A DNA stretch of 64,000 nt from a bacterium (lineage in GTDB: Bacteria; Zhuqueibacterota; Zhuqueibacteria; Residuimicrobiales; Krinioviventaceae), in the NCBI GenBank assembly GCA_963675755.2, contig CAXXMD010000002.1:1696001-1760000 (forward strand). Direction: 5' to 3'. Below are positions 1-10,425 of this stretch, piece by piece. The notes under the pieces were generated by a model. That model was not told the DNA's origin and did no database searches. It was given only the letters and a program-made list of their open reading frames with translations. Each line of letters begins with the position of its first letter. Within the stretch, counting starts at the first letter, position 1. Position numbers and translations under genes: made by a program.

Positions 1-65
1 TCATGGCTCAGCAATGCTGACTTTGAAAGAGAAGTGAACGAGCGAATATGACGGGTACTATTCAT
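1..65 (-). CDS. possible 5' end of a CDS running off the window edge (MNSTRHIRSFTSLSKSALLSH...)
   Basis: ATG at 65 on the minus strand, open frame to position 1, downstream of the co-oriented lyase gene; too short to identify. Confidence 0.3.
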   Translation of the reverse strand, partial: MNSTRHIRSFTSLSKSALLSH

Positions 66-149
66 AGCAATCTTTTTTATACAAAATTATTTTCAAAGAT
101 ATGTATATTATTGGTTTAGCACAATATTTTTTTTCAATATAATGCAAGA

Positions 150-1400
150 TCAATCAAGCTGCTCAGGCATTGATGTCTTGAGGGGAAACAGTAAGCGTGT
201 TCGCATCTCTTTATTTAACTTTAGCTTACCCGTCATTTGTTCATAATACGGCGCATCCCACGCATTTGCGGAACGTCGCAACAATAAAAATAATCCTTCG
301 GCATTGGTATCAATATAATGTTCTATGCCACCGAGTTGTTCAAACTCCCAGGGTTCTCCATTAAGTGGACGCAATAAATAATCCATTGCTTTGCGCATGG
401 AATGTCCGTCTTGAGAATAATTCCACAAATCCACCCCAACTTTATCTCCCATTGATGCCAGCTCAAACATACCTCGTAAATTCATCACGCTATAACTATA
501 CGATTTGGTTCTATCAAGCTCATGGGGCTGGCCACCGTCCGGTTCTATATGTTTAGCAATACGGCATTCTTTGGCATCCTCAAGAATAGCAATTGCCAAA
601 CTATCCTGACCGGTATACAATGCCATACTTACAGCCTGAACATCCCACCAGGTTCCATGATTATTGAAATAATAATGTTCATCTTTACCTTTTTCGCTGT
701 TTATTAACCAATCCAGATAATCTTTGAACCAGGCCTGCATTCCCGTGTCATCCTTGGCAGTCCATGCCGGAGTAGTCTTGAGTATACATATCGCATCAAT
801 ACAATTCATCAAATTCCGTGTACCGATGATACCAATCCCGCGCCCTGTAACACGCCCGGGTATAGCCTGCCCGAACTCGAGATGAGGATTCATACGGGTA
901 GAATCATCAAGAAAAAATACACGCAACAAATGAGAAGCCTTTTCCGCGTAAACATCTTTATCAGAGAAAAAAGCCGCCAAAGCGAGTGTTTCAACTGTAT
1001 TTATCAATTTATTAAGAGTAGGCGCATCAGAACGACTGTCAATGCTTGCGGGATTCACCTCTCCATCTCTACGAATAAATGGCAGACCGTCTGGCTTTTC
1101 GGGATCAGGCCACCAGTATGGACCATAGCTCATAAAGTCATGTTTATCACCACTGGGCGGAACAATGCTTTTGTTTATGATTGTTAAATCAGGGCAACTT
1201 AAAGCCGCATCCGCATCTGCCAGCAACGCATTAAACGCAGGGATATACTCGGGGTCCGCAGCAACAATCCGTTCTTTGACATAATTCAGATCAGAAGGAT
1301 CCAGACGAAACGTTTTGCAATTTTTATCCAGCACAGAATCAGTTTGAAAACAATTCAAAAACATCAGGGGAAACAACAATACAAACAATCGTTTTTGCAT
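150..1400 (-). CDS. alginate lyase family protein (PL5-like alpha/alpha toroid), secreted or lipoprotein
   Basis: Signal peptide; PPSGDKHDFMSYGPYWWPDP and RRDGEVNP motifs; catalytic NNHGTW; QPHELDRTKSYSYS. Confidence 0.85.
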   Translation of the reverse strand: MQKRLFVLLFPLMFLNCFQTDSVLDKNCKTFRLDPSDLNYVKERIVAADPEYIPAFNALLADADAALSCPDLTIINKSIVPPSGDKHDFMSYGPYWWPDPEKPDGLPFIRRDGEVNPASIDSRSDAPTLNKLINTVETLALAAFFSDKDVYAEKASHLLRVFFLDDSTRMNPHLEFGQAIPGRVTGRGIGIIGTRNLMNCIDAICILKTTPAWTAKDDTGMQAWFKDYLDWLINSEKGKDEHYYFNNHGTWWDVQAVSMALYTGQDSLAIAILEDAKECRIAKHIEPDGGQPHELDRTKSYSYSVMNLRGMFELASMGDKVGVDLWNYSQDGHSMRKAMDYLLRPLNGEPWEFEQLGGIEHYIDTNAEGLFLLLRRSANAWDAPYYEQMTGKLKLNKEMRTRLLFPLKTSMPEQLD

Positions 1401-1622
1401 GACATCTCCGATAAATTTTGATTATTTATAGTATAATCAAAATTTTAGAGGAAAGCAAAATCAATTCAAAGCAGCTTGTAAAAATGGCTTGCATTTCAAA
1501 AAATCTATTATAAATTTATATTATCAAATCTTTGGGTAGATGTTTTAGGGTAAATATTTATAACAGAAAAAACGGGGACGATCAATCAGGAGCACATTTT
1601 CTGTTAGAAAGGGGTAACAAAA

Positions 1623-2537
1623 ATGATTTTTCTGGTTGAAGATGAACCAATCTATCAAAAATTAATATCCAGTGCTTTACAGCCTCTGCACTGTGAAATT
1701 GATATTGCCAATGATGGCTATTCGGCAATTGAAAAATTTAAACCCGATATTCACAAGCTTGCAATAATTGATCTGGTTTTACCAGGCCCCATGAATGGTA
1801 TTGAAGTAATCCGAAAACTGTTACAGTTAAAACCTGACCTAACAGTACTGGTTTGCTCTGGCTACGGAAACCACACCATCCAAACCAAAATTAAAAAAGC
1901 CGGTGCGCACGATTTTATCTATAAACCCTTTACTCCGGATCAAATGCTTGATAAAGTTGCAGCATTTTTGGATTTGCAAACACCAACAAGCAGACAACAG
2001 GCTGAAAAAGTCAACAACAGTCAACTTGAAAACAACGCTCATGATACCACCACAATACAAAAAGACACCAGTATAGATACTACAAAATCAACAGCACAAA
2101 TGACTTTTCCTCAAATATTTGAGAAATTTCCCACACCGATTATTAAAGAAATCTTTAAAATTGGTTCACAACTTCGTTTACTAAAACAATGCCGAGATAC
2201 CATCAATTATACCGAATCGATAATAACAGTTACATCCGGTCAATTGCGATGCTATTGTAAAAACCAGGTAATAGGTATACTGGAAGCCGGCCAAAGCCTG
2301 GGCTTTGAATCACTAACAAAAGAATACGATTCCCACTGTAATATTGAAATTGAAGCATTAACAACAACTACTTTGTTAATTATACCCAAAATCCATTTTT
2401 TACAATTCTTTTGCAATCATAGTGAGAATCTACTCGCCCAACTTGAACAAAATCTCAAACATGCAATGCCACAAAACTTGTTATACAAAGCGGGGATGCT
2501 GAATCCAAAACAAAGCCAGGTAAAAATACTCCACTAA
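1623..2537 (+). CDS. response regulator receiver fused to a degenerate cyclic-nucleotide-binding-like domain
   Basis: REC motifs VEDE, IDLVLPGPMNG, SGY, KPF; C-terminal cNMP-like pattern (VTSGQL...GILEAGQSLGFESL...IEALTTTTLLIIPK). Confidence 0.75.
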   Translation: MIFLVEDEPIYQKLISSALQPLHCEIDIANDGYSAIEKFKPDIHKLAIIDLVLPGPMNGIEVIRKLLQLKPDLTVLVCSGYGNHTIQTKIKKAGAHDFIYKPFTPDQMLDKVAAFLDLQTPTSRQQAEKVNNSQLENNAHDTTTIQKDTSIDTTKSTAQMTFPQIFEKFPTPIIKEIFKIGSQLRLLKQCRDTINYTESIITVTSGQLRCYCKNQVIGILEAGQSLGFESLTKEYDSHCNIEIEALTTTTLLIIPKIHFLQFFCNHSENLLAQLEQNLKHAMPQNLLYKAGMLNPKQSQVKILH

Positions 2538-2650
2538 CATCATGAACCTTTCTTTGAATCAACCTGGTCTGAAAATTATTTCTTGTTAAATGTTTTAAAA
2601 ATTGTATATTAGGTTTGTTGTAATTTAGAATTGGTTGAATTGGTGATGGA

Positions 2651-3634
2651 ATGATCCTAATTGTAGAAGATGAGGCCTTGTTCAGTCAAGCAATCGCAGA
2701 AATGCTTGATGGATTTGGTAAAAGAGTCATAATCGCTACTGATGGCGACCAGGCTCTTGAAAAAATGGAAAAATATCATTACTCTCTTGCTGTTATTGAT
2801 TTGGTTTTACCGGGACCAATGAATGGGTTAGAAGTGATTAAAAAGATAAAACTTCATACTCCAAGTACCCGTGTAATTGCTATTTCAGGTTATGGAAATC
2901 AATCTCTGATTCAAAAAACATACAAAGCCGGTGCGGATGTATTCATAGCTAAACCATTCAAACCTGTTGAATTGATTGATCATGTTGAAAAATTGTTATT
3001 CAAGCGTAAAACCGTTGAAACAGAAGAATCTCTGCCAGATATGGAAAAACCTACAACTCCGCCCTCAGCAACACCCGAGCTTGTAGCAGAGCCTGTTATC
3101 CCCCCACAACCTCAACCTGTTGTCAATCAACCCGAACCTGCAAGAGCTGGTAGCAATACTATACCAGAACTTTTTAAAAATTTTCCACAAAAATCTTTGG
3201 TCGAGTTAGTCAAACTGGGTAAAATCACAAAAATCAACCAGGGACAAAAACTTAAAATCAATTATACTGAAAATATTGTTATTGTTGCCGGGGGTATGGT
3301 AGGATGCTCAAAAGATAATATGCATGTAGGCATGTTGAACGTACGCGAATCCATAGGGCAGGAATCTCTCACCCAGGATATTGATCCCAATGCCTGGGTC
3401 ATCATTGAAACAACTGTTCCCAGCAGGCTCTTTATCATCTCCAAAGTACAACTGTTACGATACCTCAGCAATCATTCCGAACTGCTTTTAGAGACATTCA
3501 AGGCCAATTTGAAGGATTCGTTAAAGCACAATATCATCCTCAAAGCGGCCCGGCATATGGATGCATCCGGAGAATCTGGAATATCAAAAGATTCCACTGA
3601 AAACCGGAACCCACAGGACGATTTAATATTATAA
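2651..3634 (+). CDS. response regulator receiver plus degenerate cNMP-binding-like domain; paralog of the upstream gene with a Pro-rich linker
   Basis: Same REC motifs (VEDE, IDLVLPGPMNG, SGYGN, KPF); shares INYTE, ESLT and NHSE-LL segments with 1623-2537. Confidence 0.75.
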   Translation: MILIVEDEALFSQAIAEMLDGFGKRVIIATDGDQALEKMEKYHYSLAVIDLVLPGPMNGLEVIKKIKLHTPSTRVIAISGYGNQSLIQKTYKAGADVFIAKPFKPVELIDHVEKLLFKRKTVETEESLPDMEKPTTPPSATPELVAEPVIPPQPQPVVNQPEPARAGSNTIPELFKNFPQKSLVELVKLGKITKINQGQKLKINYTENIVIVAGGMVGCSKDNMHVGMLNVRESIGQESLTQDIDPNAWVIIETTVPSRLFIISKVQLLRYLSNHSELLLETFKANLKDSLKHNIILKAARHMDASGESGISKDSTENRNPQDDLIL

Positions 3635-3682
3635 TATTCTAAACTCCAATCTAACAGACCAAAATATAAAAACGAGGAAACT

Positions 3683-4540
3683 ATGAAGAAAATCTTGTTT
3701 ATAGTTGTAATGGTTTTAATAGCATTACCCGCTTTTTCATCAGGTAATTCCGATACACAGAATATTATGACCTTTAATTTACGGTTCAACAATCCCAATG
3801 ATGGTGAAAACGCATGGCCCTTGAGAAAAGATAATGCTGTTAGTATGATTCGATTTTACGATGCAGATATTGTAGGTTGTCAGGAAGCATTAATTGATCA
3901 GGTTGAATATTTGGATGAAAAACTGGACGATTATTCCTGGTATGGATTGGGAAGAGATGATGGTAAAAAAGACGGTGAGATTATGGCCGTTTTTTATAAA
4001 ACTGATAGATACAAAGTACTGATGGATTCAACAATCTGGCTTTCTCAAACACCTACCCAACCAGGAAAAGGCTGGGATGCCGCTTGTAATCGTACAATTA
4101 CCGTATTGAAATTCCAAGACAAAAATAACCAAAAGATCTTTTATCTGTTCAATACACATTTTGACCACAGAGGCCAGGAAGCACGCCGCAAAAGTGCACA
4201 ATTGTTAATTAAATCGGTCAAGGAAATTGCCGGTAAAACCCCATTTGTGATCACAGGTGATTTTAATATGGTTCCCGAGAGTGAACCTTATCAAATCATA
4301 ACCAGTAGTAAATCACCCAAAATTATAGACGCAAAAACAATTACACAGCTTCCACACCATGGACCAACAGGTACTTCAACTGGATTTAAAATAGAAAATA
4401 TTGACAAAAAGAAACGTATCGATTATATTTTTACTGGAACAGGCATTCAGGTATTGAGGCATGCAACGCTTTCAGATACCTTTGACGGGAAACTTCCATC
4501 AGACCATTTCCCGGTATTGGCAGAAATTAAACTACCATAA
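3683..4540 (+). CDS. endonuclease/exonuclease/phosphatase family protein, secreted
   Basis: MTFNLR, GCQE, NTHFDH, TGDFN, RIDYIF and SDHFPV motifs; signal peptide. Confidence 0.9.
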   Translation: MKKILFIVVMVLIALPAFSSGNSDTQNIMTFNLRFNNPNDGENAWPLRKDNAVSMIRFYDADIVGCQEALIDQVEYLDEKLDDYSWYGLGRDDGKKDGEIMAVFYKTDRYKVLMDSTIWLSQTPTQPGKGWDAACNRTITVLKFQDKNNQKIFYLFNTHFDHRGQEARRKSAQLLIKSVKEIAGKTPFVITGDFNMVPESEPYQIITSSKSPKIIDAKTITQLPHHGPTGTSTGFKIENIDKKKRIDYIFTGTGIQVLRHATLSDTFDGKLPSDHFPVLAEIKLP

Positions 4541-4565
4541 ATAAAATGATCAAAAAGGAGCAGAT

Positions 4566-5585
4566 ATGAAAAAGGTATTAATAGCATTACTTTCCTTGCT
4601 TTTTATCCTGGTTGCTTGCAGTACCCAAAATGCAGATAAACCTGCAGAAACAATTGTAAAACAACAGTTTATTTTTTCAATGGAATACCCTCCAACCCCG
4701 GAGTGCCACGCATCTACTATTGAAGAAACACCGGAAGGTCTTATTGCCGCATGGTTTGCAGGTACCAAGGAAAAAGATCCTGATGTAGGAATATGGACAT
4801 CACATTATACCAAAGCAAATGGCTGGTCTGCTCCGGTTGAAGTGATTGATGATCCTACCTACCCATGTTGGAATCCTGTACTGTTTCAGCCTTCCAGCGG
4901 CCCGCTGCTGCTTTTCTACAAAGTTGGTCCTACTCCGCGTGATTGGTGGGGAATGGTCCTCAAATCAAACGATAATGGTAAAACCTGGGGCAAACCGGAA
5001 AGATTGCCCGATGGATTTCTGGGTCCCATTAAAAATAAGCCTATCGAAACCAAACCGGGGATGGTCCTGTGCCCAACAAGTACCGAACACGACGGTTGGG
5101 TAGTACATTTTGAAATTCTGGACCTGTCTGATTGGAGCTGGTGGAAAACAGGTCGTTTAAATGACGCAGAAAAATATGGTGCCATTCAACCCACCCTTTT
5201 GACATATCCTGATGGAAAGATTCAGGCATTGAACCGTAGTCGTCAAAAGGTAATTACCGAATTATGGTCAAGTGATGGCGGAAGAACCTGGAGTGAAATG
5301 ACCGATACCATGCTTCCGAATCCCAACTCGGGTATTGACGGCGTTACATTAAAAGATGGTCGTCAGGTTTTGATCTATAATCATACTCCCAAAGGACGTT
5401 CTCCTATCAATCTGGCAGTATCCAAAGACGGAAAAAACTGGAATCCCGTTCTTGAACTGGAAACCATTGAAGGAGAATTCTCATATCCTGCAGTTATTCA
5501 AAGTTCAGATGGTATGGTACAAATCCTTTATACTTATAAACGCAAAACAATCAAACACGTAATTGTAGATCCTTCTACATTTTAG
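4566..5585 (+). CDS. BNR-repeat exo-alpha-sialidase-like lipoprotein
   Basis: Lipobox LVAC; CHASTI, Asp-boxes SNDNGKTW, SSDGGRTW and SKDGKNW; PNPNSGID; EFSYP. Confidence 0.85.
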   Translation: MKKVLIALLSLLFILVACSTQNADKPAETIVKQQFIFSMEYPPTPECHASTIEETPEGLIAAWFAGTKEKDPDVGIWTSHYTKANGWSAPVEVIDDPTYPCWNPVLFQPSSGPLLLFYKVGPTPRDWWGMVLKSNDNGKTWGKPERLPDGFLGPIKNKPIETKPGMVLCPTSTEHDGWVVHFEILDLSDWSWWKTGRLNDAEKYGAIQPTLLTYPDGKIQALNRSRQKVITELWSSDGGRTWSEMTDTMLPNPNSGIDGVTLKDGRQVLIYNHTPKGRSPINLAVSKDGKNWNPVLELETIEGEFSYPAVIQSSDGMVQILYTYKRKTIKHVIVDPSTF

Positions 5586-5588
5586 CAT

Positions 5589-5629
5589 AAAAAAGCCCCC
5601 GGATTTATAAAGTCCGGGGGCTTTTTTTT
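5589..5629. terminator. bidirectional rho-independent terminator
   Basis: A-run, GCCCCCGGA stem, TCCGGGGGC stem, T-run, between convergent genes. Confidence 0.9.
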
Positions 5630-5652
5630 AAATATCTGCACAAAAACAAACC

Positions 5653-6495
5653 TTATAACATTGACAATACACCTTTAATATAACCAATAGATTCCGCGGC
5701 ACCTGCCAAAGGATCATCTCCGTCCTTTTCATATTCCAGAGAAACTTTACCTTTATAGCCCAAATCAACCAGTGTTTTGAGGAATCTGGGGATATCAATC
5801 ACACCACGCCCAACTTGCAGGGTACTTCCCTTTTCTGTAGATTCAGTAACGTCTTTGATGTGCACATCAAACAATCGATCAAAGTATTTTTTAGATTCAC
5901 CAGCAGGGTCTAGTCCAATACGTTGCGTATGGCCAATATCCATACACAAGCCAAAACGTTTGTCTAGATTTTTAATGCGGTCATAGGCATCACTGGGCGC
6001 AGGATATCGTTTATCACCAGGTCCATGATTGTGAATTGCCACCATAATATCATATTCTTTGATCTTTTCATTAACCAGTTCTAAGAGATTGTGTTCAGGA
6101 ACACCAATAATCATTTTCATTCCAGCAGTTTTTGCATATTCAAATGCCTGGTTTACCTGTGCTTCATTTTCCATATAAACCACACCGCATCCATATAGGT
6201 TTAATCCTGCAGCTTTGGTTTTTTCAACAGTTTCTTTGATCTTTTCCGGTGAAGAGTCGAGTGGTAAATGCATGCTTTTAAATGCAATATTTTTTACACC
6301 CACTTTATTTGTCATTTCAAGGGTTTCTTCAAGACTGAATTTACGAAAAGTATAAGAAGCCATACCTAAATCCAATGGACAGTCTTTGCTCGTTTTATCA
6401 AACCTGGCGCCATACACTGAAGAAGCCAATGCGCCCGCAGCAGCTACACCAATGCCTGCGGTTTTGAAAAAATCTCTTCTTGATTGATGAGACAT
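5653..6495 (-). CDS. Tat-exported sugar phosphate isomerase/epimerase (xylose isomerase-like TIM barrel)
   Basis: SRRDFFK twin-arginine signal; IHNHGP, DIGH, HIKD, SLEYE; start moved to ATG 6495 behind a GGAGG SD. Confidence 0.85.
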   Translation of the reverse strand: MSHQSRRDFFKTAGIGVAAAGALASSVYGARFDKTSKDCPLDLGMASYTFRKFSLEETLEMTNKVGVKNIAFKSMHLPLDSSPEKIKETVEKTKAAGLNLYGCGVVYMENEAQVNQAFEYAKTAGMKMIIGVPEHNLLELVNEKIKEYDIMVAIHNHGPGDKRYPAPSDAYDRIKNLDKRFGLCMDIGHTQRIGLDPAGESKKYFDRLFDVHIKDVTESTEKGSTLQVGRGVIDIPRFLKTLVDLGYKGKVSLEYEKDGDDPLAGAAESIGYIKGVLSML

Positions 6496-6580
6496 TTTTG
6501 AACCTCCATTTTTTTGAATGGCATAAAGTAACATGAAATTCATGAAATGTCAATAAATAATTTGAACCGGTTCAAATTAT

Positions 6581-7021
6581 TTATTTTTCCGGTTTATCGC
6601 TCACCATATATATCAATGCTTCGCCTTCAACACAAACGGTGCCATCCTGTTTTTCACATAAAAGCTTTAATGTTACAATGGGTTTATCTTCTCGCAGGTG
6701 AGATACCGTAGCAGAAGCAGTGATGGTATCACCAATAAATACGGGGGCTTTCATATCAAAATTATAATTGAGAGAAACACCTCCGGGTGTAGTTAACGCA
6801 CTTGTACAGTTTTGAACAAGCGAAGCTGTTAAAAAACCATGTGCAATACGCTGACCAAATTGTGTGGTCTTGGCATAAGTATCATCAACATGAATACGAT
6901 TAAAATCACCTGTAATGCCTGCAAATAAATAAATATCACTTTCTGAAAGCGTTTTTACAAATTCATGCCGTAATCCAATATACATATCAGACATGTGCTT
7001 TTCGGCTATATCTTTAGACAT
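6581..7021 (-). CDS. MaoC family (R)-specific enoyl-CoA hydratase/dehydratase
   Basis: FAGITGDFNRIHVD...FGQRIAHG hot-dog hydratase motif; ATG 7021 behind GGAGG. Confidence 0.88.
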   Translation of the reverse strand: MSKDIAEKHMSDMYIGLRHEFVKTLSESDIYLFAGITGDFNRIHVDDTYAKTTQFGQRIAHGFLTASLVQNCTSALTTPGGVSLNYNFDMKAPVFIGDTITASATVSHLREDKPIVTLKLLCEKQDGTVCVEGEALIYMVSDKPEK

Positions 7022-7151
7022 TTGACCTCCTAATACAACACAAATAATCAAGTTGCAATAAACAAGAATTTAATGTATACTATACAAAATTGCACAATCA
7101 AAAACAATCAAGTAATTATAGCTGTTATACCCAATAAACTGGAGAACCAAA

Positions 7152-8411
7152 ATGAAAAAAATTGCAGCAATATTATTATTGATAGTAACGTTGGCAGTAT
7201 CTCAAGAGAAAAATTACGACGAGTCTCTTGTACCTGAATACACACTTCCGGAACTGTTTAAAATGCAAGACGGCACCCCGGTTAAAACAGTCCAGGATTG
7301 GGAGCAAAAACGTCGTCCTGAAATTTTGGCATTATTTGAAAAAGAAGTTTATGGAAAATCTCCCAATTCGCCTAAAAACCTGCGCTATAAAGTATTAGAA
7401 ACAAGTGACAAGGCAATAAACGGCAAAGCCACCCGTAAACAGGTTCGCGTCTATTTTAGCGATCAGGAAAATCCACATATGGATATTCTGATCTATATCC
7501 CAAACAAGGTATCAAAACCCGCACCCGGCTTTCTAACCCTCAACTTTTACGGAAACCATACAATCAGTGATGATCCGGAAATCATAATATCAGATGCCTG
7601 GTCACGCAACAATGAGGATTTTCATATTGAAAACAACAAACTGGATGAACGTTCACGCGGTGTTCGAACAAACCGCTGGGCTGTTGAAAGAATAATTGAT
7701 CGGGGTTACATGCTGTCTACAATCTATTATGGAGATATTGATCCCGATTTTAATGATTTCAGCAATGGTATACATCCACTTTTTTATAAAAATGGTCAAA
7801 CTCAACCGGGTCCCGATGAATGGGGTGCAATTGGTGCATGGGCCTGGGGTCTCTCGAGAGCCATGGATTATTTTGAAAAAGATAATCAAATCGATCAAAA
7901 AAATATTGCAGTTATGGGTCACTCTAGATTGGGTAAAACATCATTATGGACAGGTGCAACTGACCCTCGTTTTGCCATTGCAATTTCAAATTGCTCCGGA
8001 TGTGGTGGAGCGGCAATATCCCGCAGAAAATTTGGAGAAACCGTTAAACTTATCAACAACGCATTTCCCCATTGGTTTTGTGATAATTTCCTGAAATATA
8101 ATGATAACGAAAACAACCTGCCAATCGATCAGCATATGTTGATTGCTCTTATGGCACCCCGCCCTGTTTATATAGCAAGTGCCGAAAAAGACCGTTGGGC
8201 TGATCCCAAAGGTGAATTTTTGTCCGGTAAATATGCCAGCCCCGTCTTTGAATTGTATGGATTTGAAGCAATGCAGGCAGATGAATGGCCGCCTGTTAAC
8301 ACACCTGTCAAGGGTATCATTAGCTATCATGTACGTACTGGTAAACATGATGTAACCGAGTATGATTGGGAACAATATTTAGACTTTGCTGATAAATATT
8401 TAAAAAATTAA
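7152..8411 (+). CDS. CE15 glucuronoyl esterase-like (4-O-methyl-glucuronoyl methylesterase family)
   Basis: GHSRLGK nucleophile motif, WGAIGAWAWG, DQHMLIALMAPRP, WADPKGE; signal peptide. Confidence 0.88.
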   Translation: MKKIAAILLLIVTLAVSQEKNYDESLVPEYTLPELFKMQDGTPVKTVQDWEQKRRPEILALFEKEVYGKSPNSPKNLRYKVLETSDKAINGKATRKQVRVYFSDQENPHMDILIYIPNKVSKPAPGFLTLNFYGNHTISDDPEIIISDAWSRNNEDFHIENNKLDERSRGVRTNRWAVERIIDRGYMLSTIYYGDIDPDFNDFSNGIHPLFYKNGQTQPGPDEWGAIGAWAWGLSRAMDYFEKDNQIDQKNIAVMGHSRLGKTSLWTGATDPRFAIAISNCSGCGGAAISRRKFGETVKLINNAFPHWFCDNFLKYNDNENNLPIDQHMLIALMAPRPVYIASAEKDRWADPKGEFLSGKYASPVFELYGFEAMQADEWPPVNTPVKGIISYHVRTGKHDVTEYDWEQYLDFADKYLKN

Positions 8412-8428
8412 CTTTTTTTCTCTATTTC

Positions 8429-8467
8429 AATCCCCCTGACTATTCAGGTATTTTCAGGGGGATTTTT
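8429..8467 (+). terminator. probable rho-independent terminator
   Basis: AATCCCCCTGA / TCAGGGGGATT inverted repeat followed by Ts after the esterase stop. Confidence 0.65.
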
Positions 8468-8582
8468 ACATATCAACATCTCTTCTCAAATATATCAATG
8501 ATTAAGTATTGCGTTACATCTTTTTTTTCTGTATTTTATTTGAAATTTTTTCTCACAAAGATGAATTTAATTCAGGGAATTT

Positions 8583-9509
8583 ATGCAAGCAGATAAAAAA
8601 TGGGGTTTTATCGTCAATCCGGTAGCAGGTAATGGTCTTGCAAAAACCTATCTGCCATTGATTGAAAAACACGCAAAAACAAGAAACCTGAATTATGATA
8701 TTGCTTTAACAGAATATCACAATCATGCAGTGGAACTTGCGCATGATTTTGCCGTAAAAGGATATAAATACATTATTGCAGTGGGTGGCGACGGCACTAT
8801 ACATGAAGCTGCTACAGGTTTATTGCAGCATGATCATGATGCAATTTTAGGTGCCATTCCGGCAGGATCAGGTAATGATATTATACCCATGCTGGGCTTC
8901 CCGCATCAATTTACAGACAAAGATTGGGATATTTTTTTTAATTGCAATACTGTGCTTTCCGATGTGGGTGTATGTAATGGTCACTATTTCATCAATGGTA
9001 TGGGCCTGGGTATAGATGCACAGATAGCTGTTTCGAAAACAAAAGCAGAAGAAGATATTAGTAAAAAGCATACATCTTATTTTAGTCATATTATAAAGAC
9101 TATAATGACATTCAAAGAAGAACCCTTTACCCTTATTTTAGGGGAAGAAGAAACCAATGTCAACTGTTTAATATATACCATAGGAAACGGTAGACGTTTT
9201 GGTGGTGGATATTATTTGACACCCAAGGCAATAGCAAATGACAGTACCTTTGACATTTGTTTTGCAGATAAATTATCTATATTAGAAAGAATTTTATTAT
9301 TAGCCAAAGTACCTAGTGGCACACATATTAAAAATAAAAAAGTAATGTATTCACAAGCGGACCGAATATTGCTGCAATTTAATACAAAAGTGCCTTATCA
9401 TCTGGATGGAGAAATTTATTACGATGAACAATTCATTGTCAATATTCTCCCCCAAAAATTAAAGCTCTTGTACAATCCTGAAGGAGATCACTATTTTGGC
9501 AGCAACTGA
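8583..9509 (+). CDS. diacylglycerol/lipid kinase family protein (YegS/DgkB-like)
   Basis: NPVAG, GGDGT, PAGSGND, NGRRFGGG and LDGE motifs. Confidence 0.9.
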   Translation: MQADKKWGFIVNPVAGNGLAKTYLPLIEKHAKTRNLNYDIALTEYHNHAVELAHDFAVKGYKYIIAVGGDGTIHEAATGLLQHDHDAILGAIPAGSGNDIIPMLGFPHQFTDKDWDIFFNCNTVLSDVGVCNGHYFINGMGLGIDAQIAVSKTKAEEDISKKHTSYFSHIIKTIMTFKEEPFTLILGEEETNVNCLIYTIGNGRRFGGGYYLTPKAIANDSTFDICFADKLSILERILLLAKVPSGTHIKNKKVMYSQADRILLQFNTKVPYHLDGEIYYDEQFIVNILPQKLKLLYNPEGDHYFGSN

Positions 9510-10161
9510 TAAAAATTATATTGCGCTTTTTGATCTGGATCATACAATATTAAACGACAGTAGCGGAAAGATCCTGGCTTTACAAGCCTTGAAAAAAGAC
9601 ATATTGAAACGTAGAGATATTATGGAAGGGCTGTTTCTCTCCTTTTTATATAAACTGGGTTTAATGGATGGAGACAAGATCCTTGCGCGCATGTCACAAT
9701 GGATGCATGGCATGTCTGAAAAATGGATTAACAATTTCATCGACGAAATGATGAACATGGCCATGAAACCCGCAATCCGTGATAATGCCCTTCGTGAGAT
9801 TGAATATCATCTAAAGAATAATGCGTTAACTGTCATCTTGTCGGCATCTGTTACGCATATATGTAAGCCCATACAGGACCATCTGGGTATGGATGATATT
9901 ATATGCTCAACCCTTGAGGTTTCTAATGGTAAATTTACAGGAACTACCGTTGGACCCTATTGCTATGGTATAGAAAAATTAAATCGTGCTTTTGATTATT
10001 GCAAAAACCACGGCTTTGCACTGGATAATGCATGGTTTTATACAGATTCTGTTTCTGATCTGCCCATGTTAGAGGCGGTAGGGAATCCCATCTGTGTTAC
10101 TCCGGACAGAAAGTTACAAAACATTGCCCGGGAAAAAGGTTGGCCCATTAACTGGTGGTAA
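9496..10161 (+). CDS. HAD-IB family hydrolase (SerB-like, TIGR01490 type)
   Basis: FDLDHT motif I, LSAS, YTDSVSDLPMLEAVGNP; TTG start with AAGGAG SD overlapping the kinase end. Confidence 0.88.
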   Translation: MAATDKNYIALFDLDHTILNDSSGKILALQALKKDILKRRDIMEGLFLSFLYKLGLMDGDKILARMSQWMHGMSEKWINNFIDEMMNMAMKPAIRDNALREIEYHLKNNALTVILSASVTHICKPIQDHLGMDDIICSTLEVSNGKFTGTTVGPYCYGIEKLNRAFDYCKNHGFALDNAWFYTDSVSDLPMLEAVGNPICVTPDRKLQNIAREKGWPINWW

Positions 10162-10167
10162 TCTTGA

Positions 10168-10410
10168 TTGGGGGGATTATTGTCCGCGTTAATACATTTT
10201 TTCAGATTATTCTTATACATTCCAGAAATATTGCTGTTTTTCATGGCAGGAATTTTCATTCTTAAAACCGGCAGTTTTACAAACCCCTTTTTCTATAAAA
10301 AACAGGTATATGGGCCAGTTGCCTATATTACGGCCATCATTTTATTATTTCTGGCCATATGGTACCTGATTGGATTTGTGATGGTGTTTAAATATTCTCT
10401 CCAAAATTAA
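10168..10410 (+). CDS. small two-TM membrane protein, hypothetical
   Basis: Hydrophobic; homologous to the next ORF (IFI-KTG-F--P---KK---G--AY). Confidence 0.55.
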   Translation: MGGLLSALIHFFRLFLYIPEILLFFMAGIFILKTGSFTNPFFYKKQVYGPVAYITAIILLFLAIWYLIGFVMVFKYSLQN

Positions 10411-10425
10411 AAATAACTTGACAGA

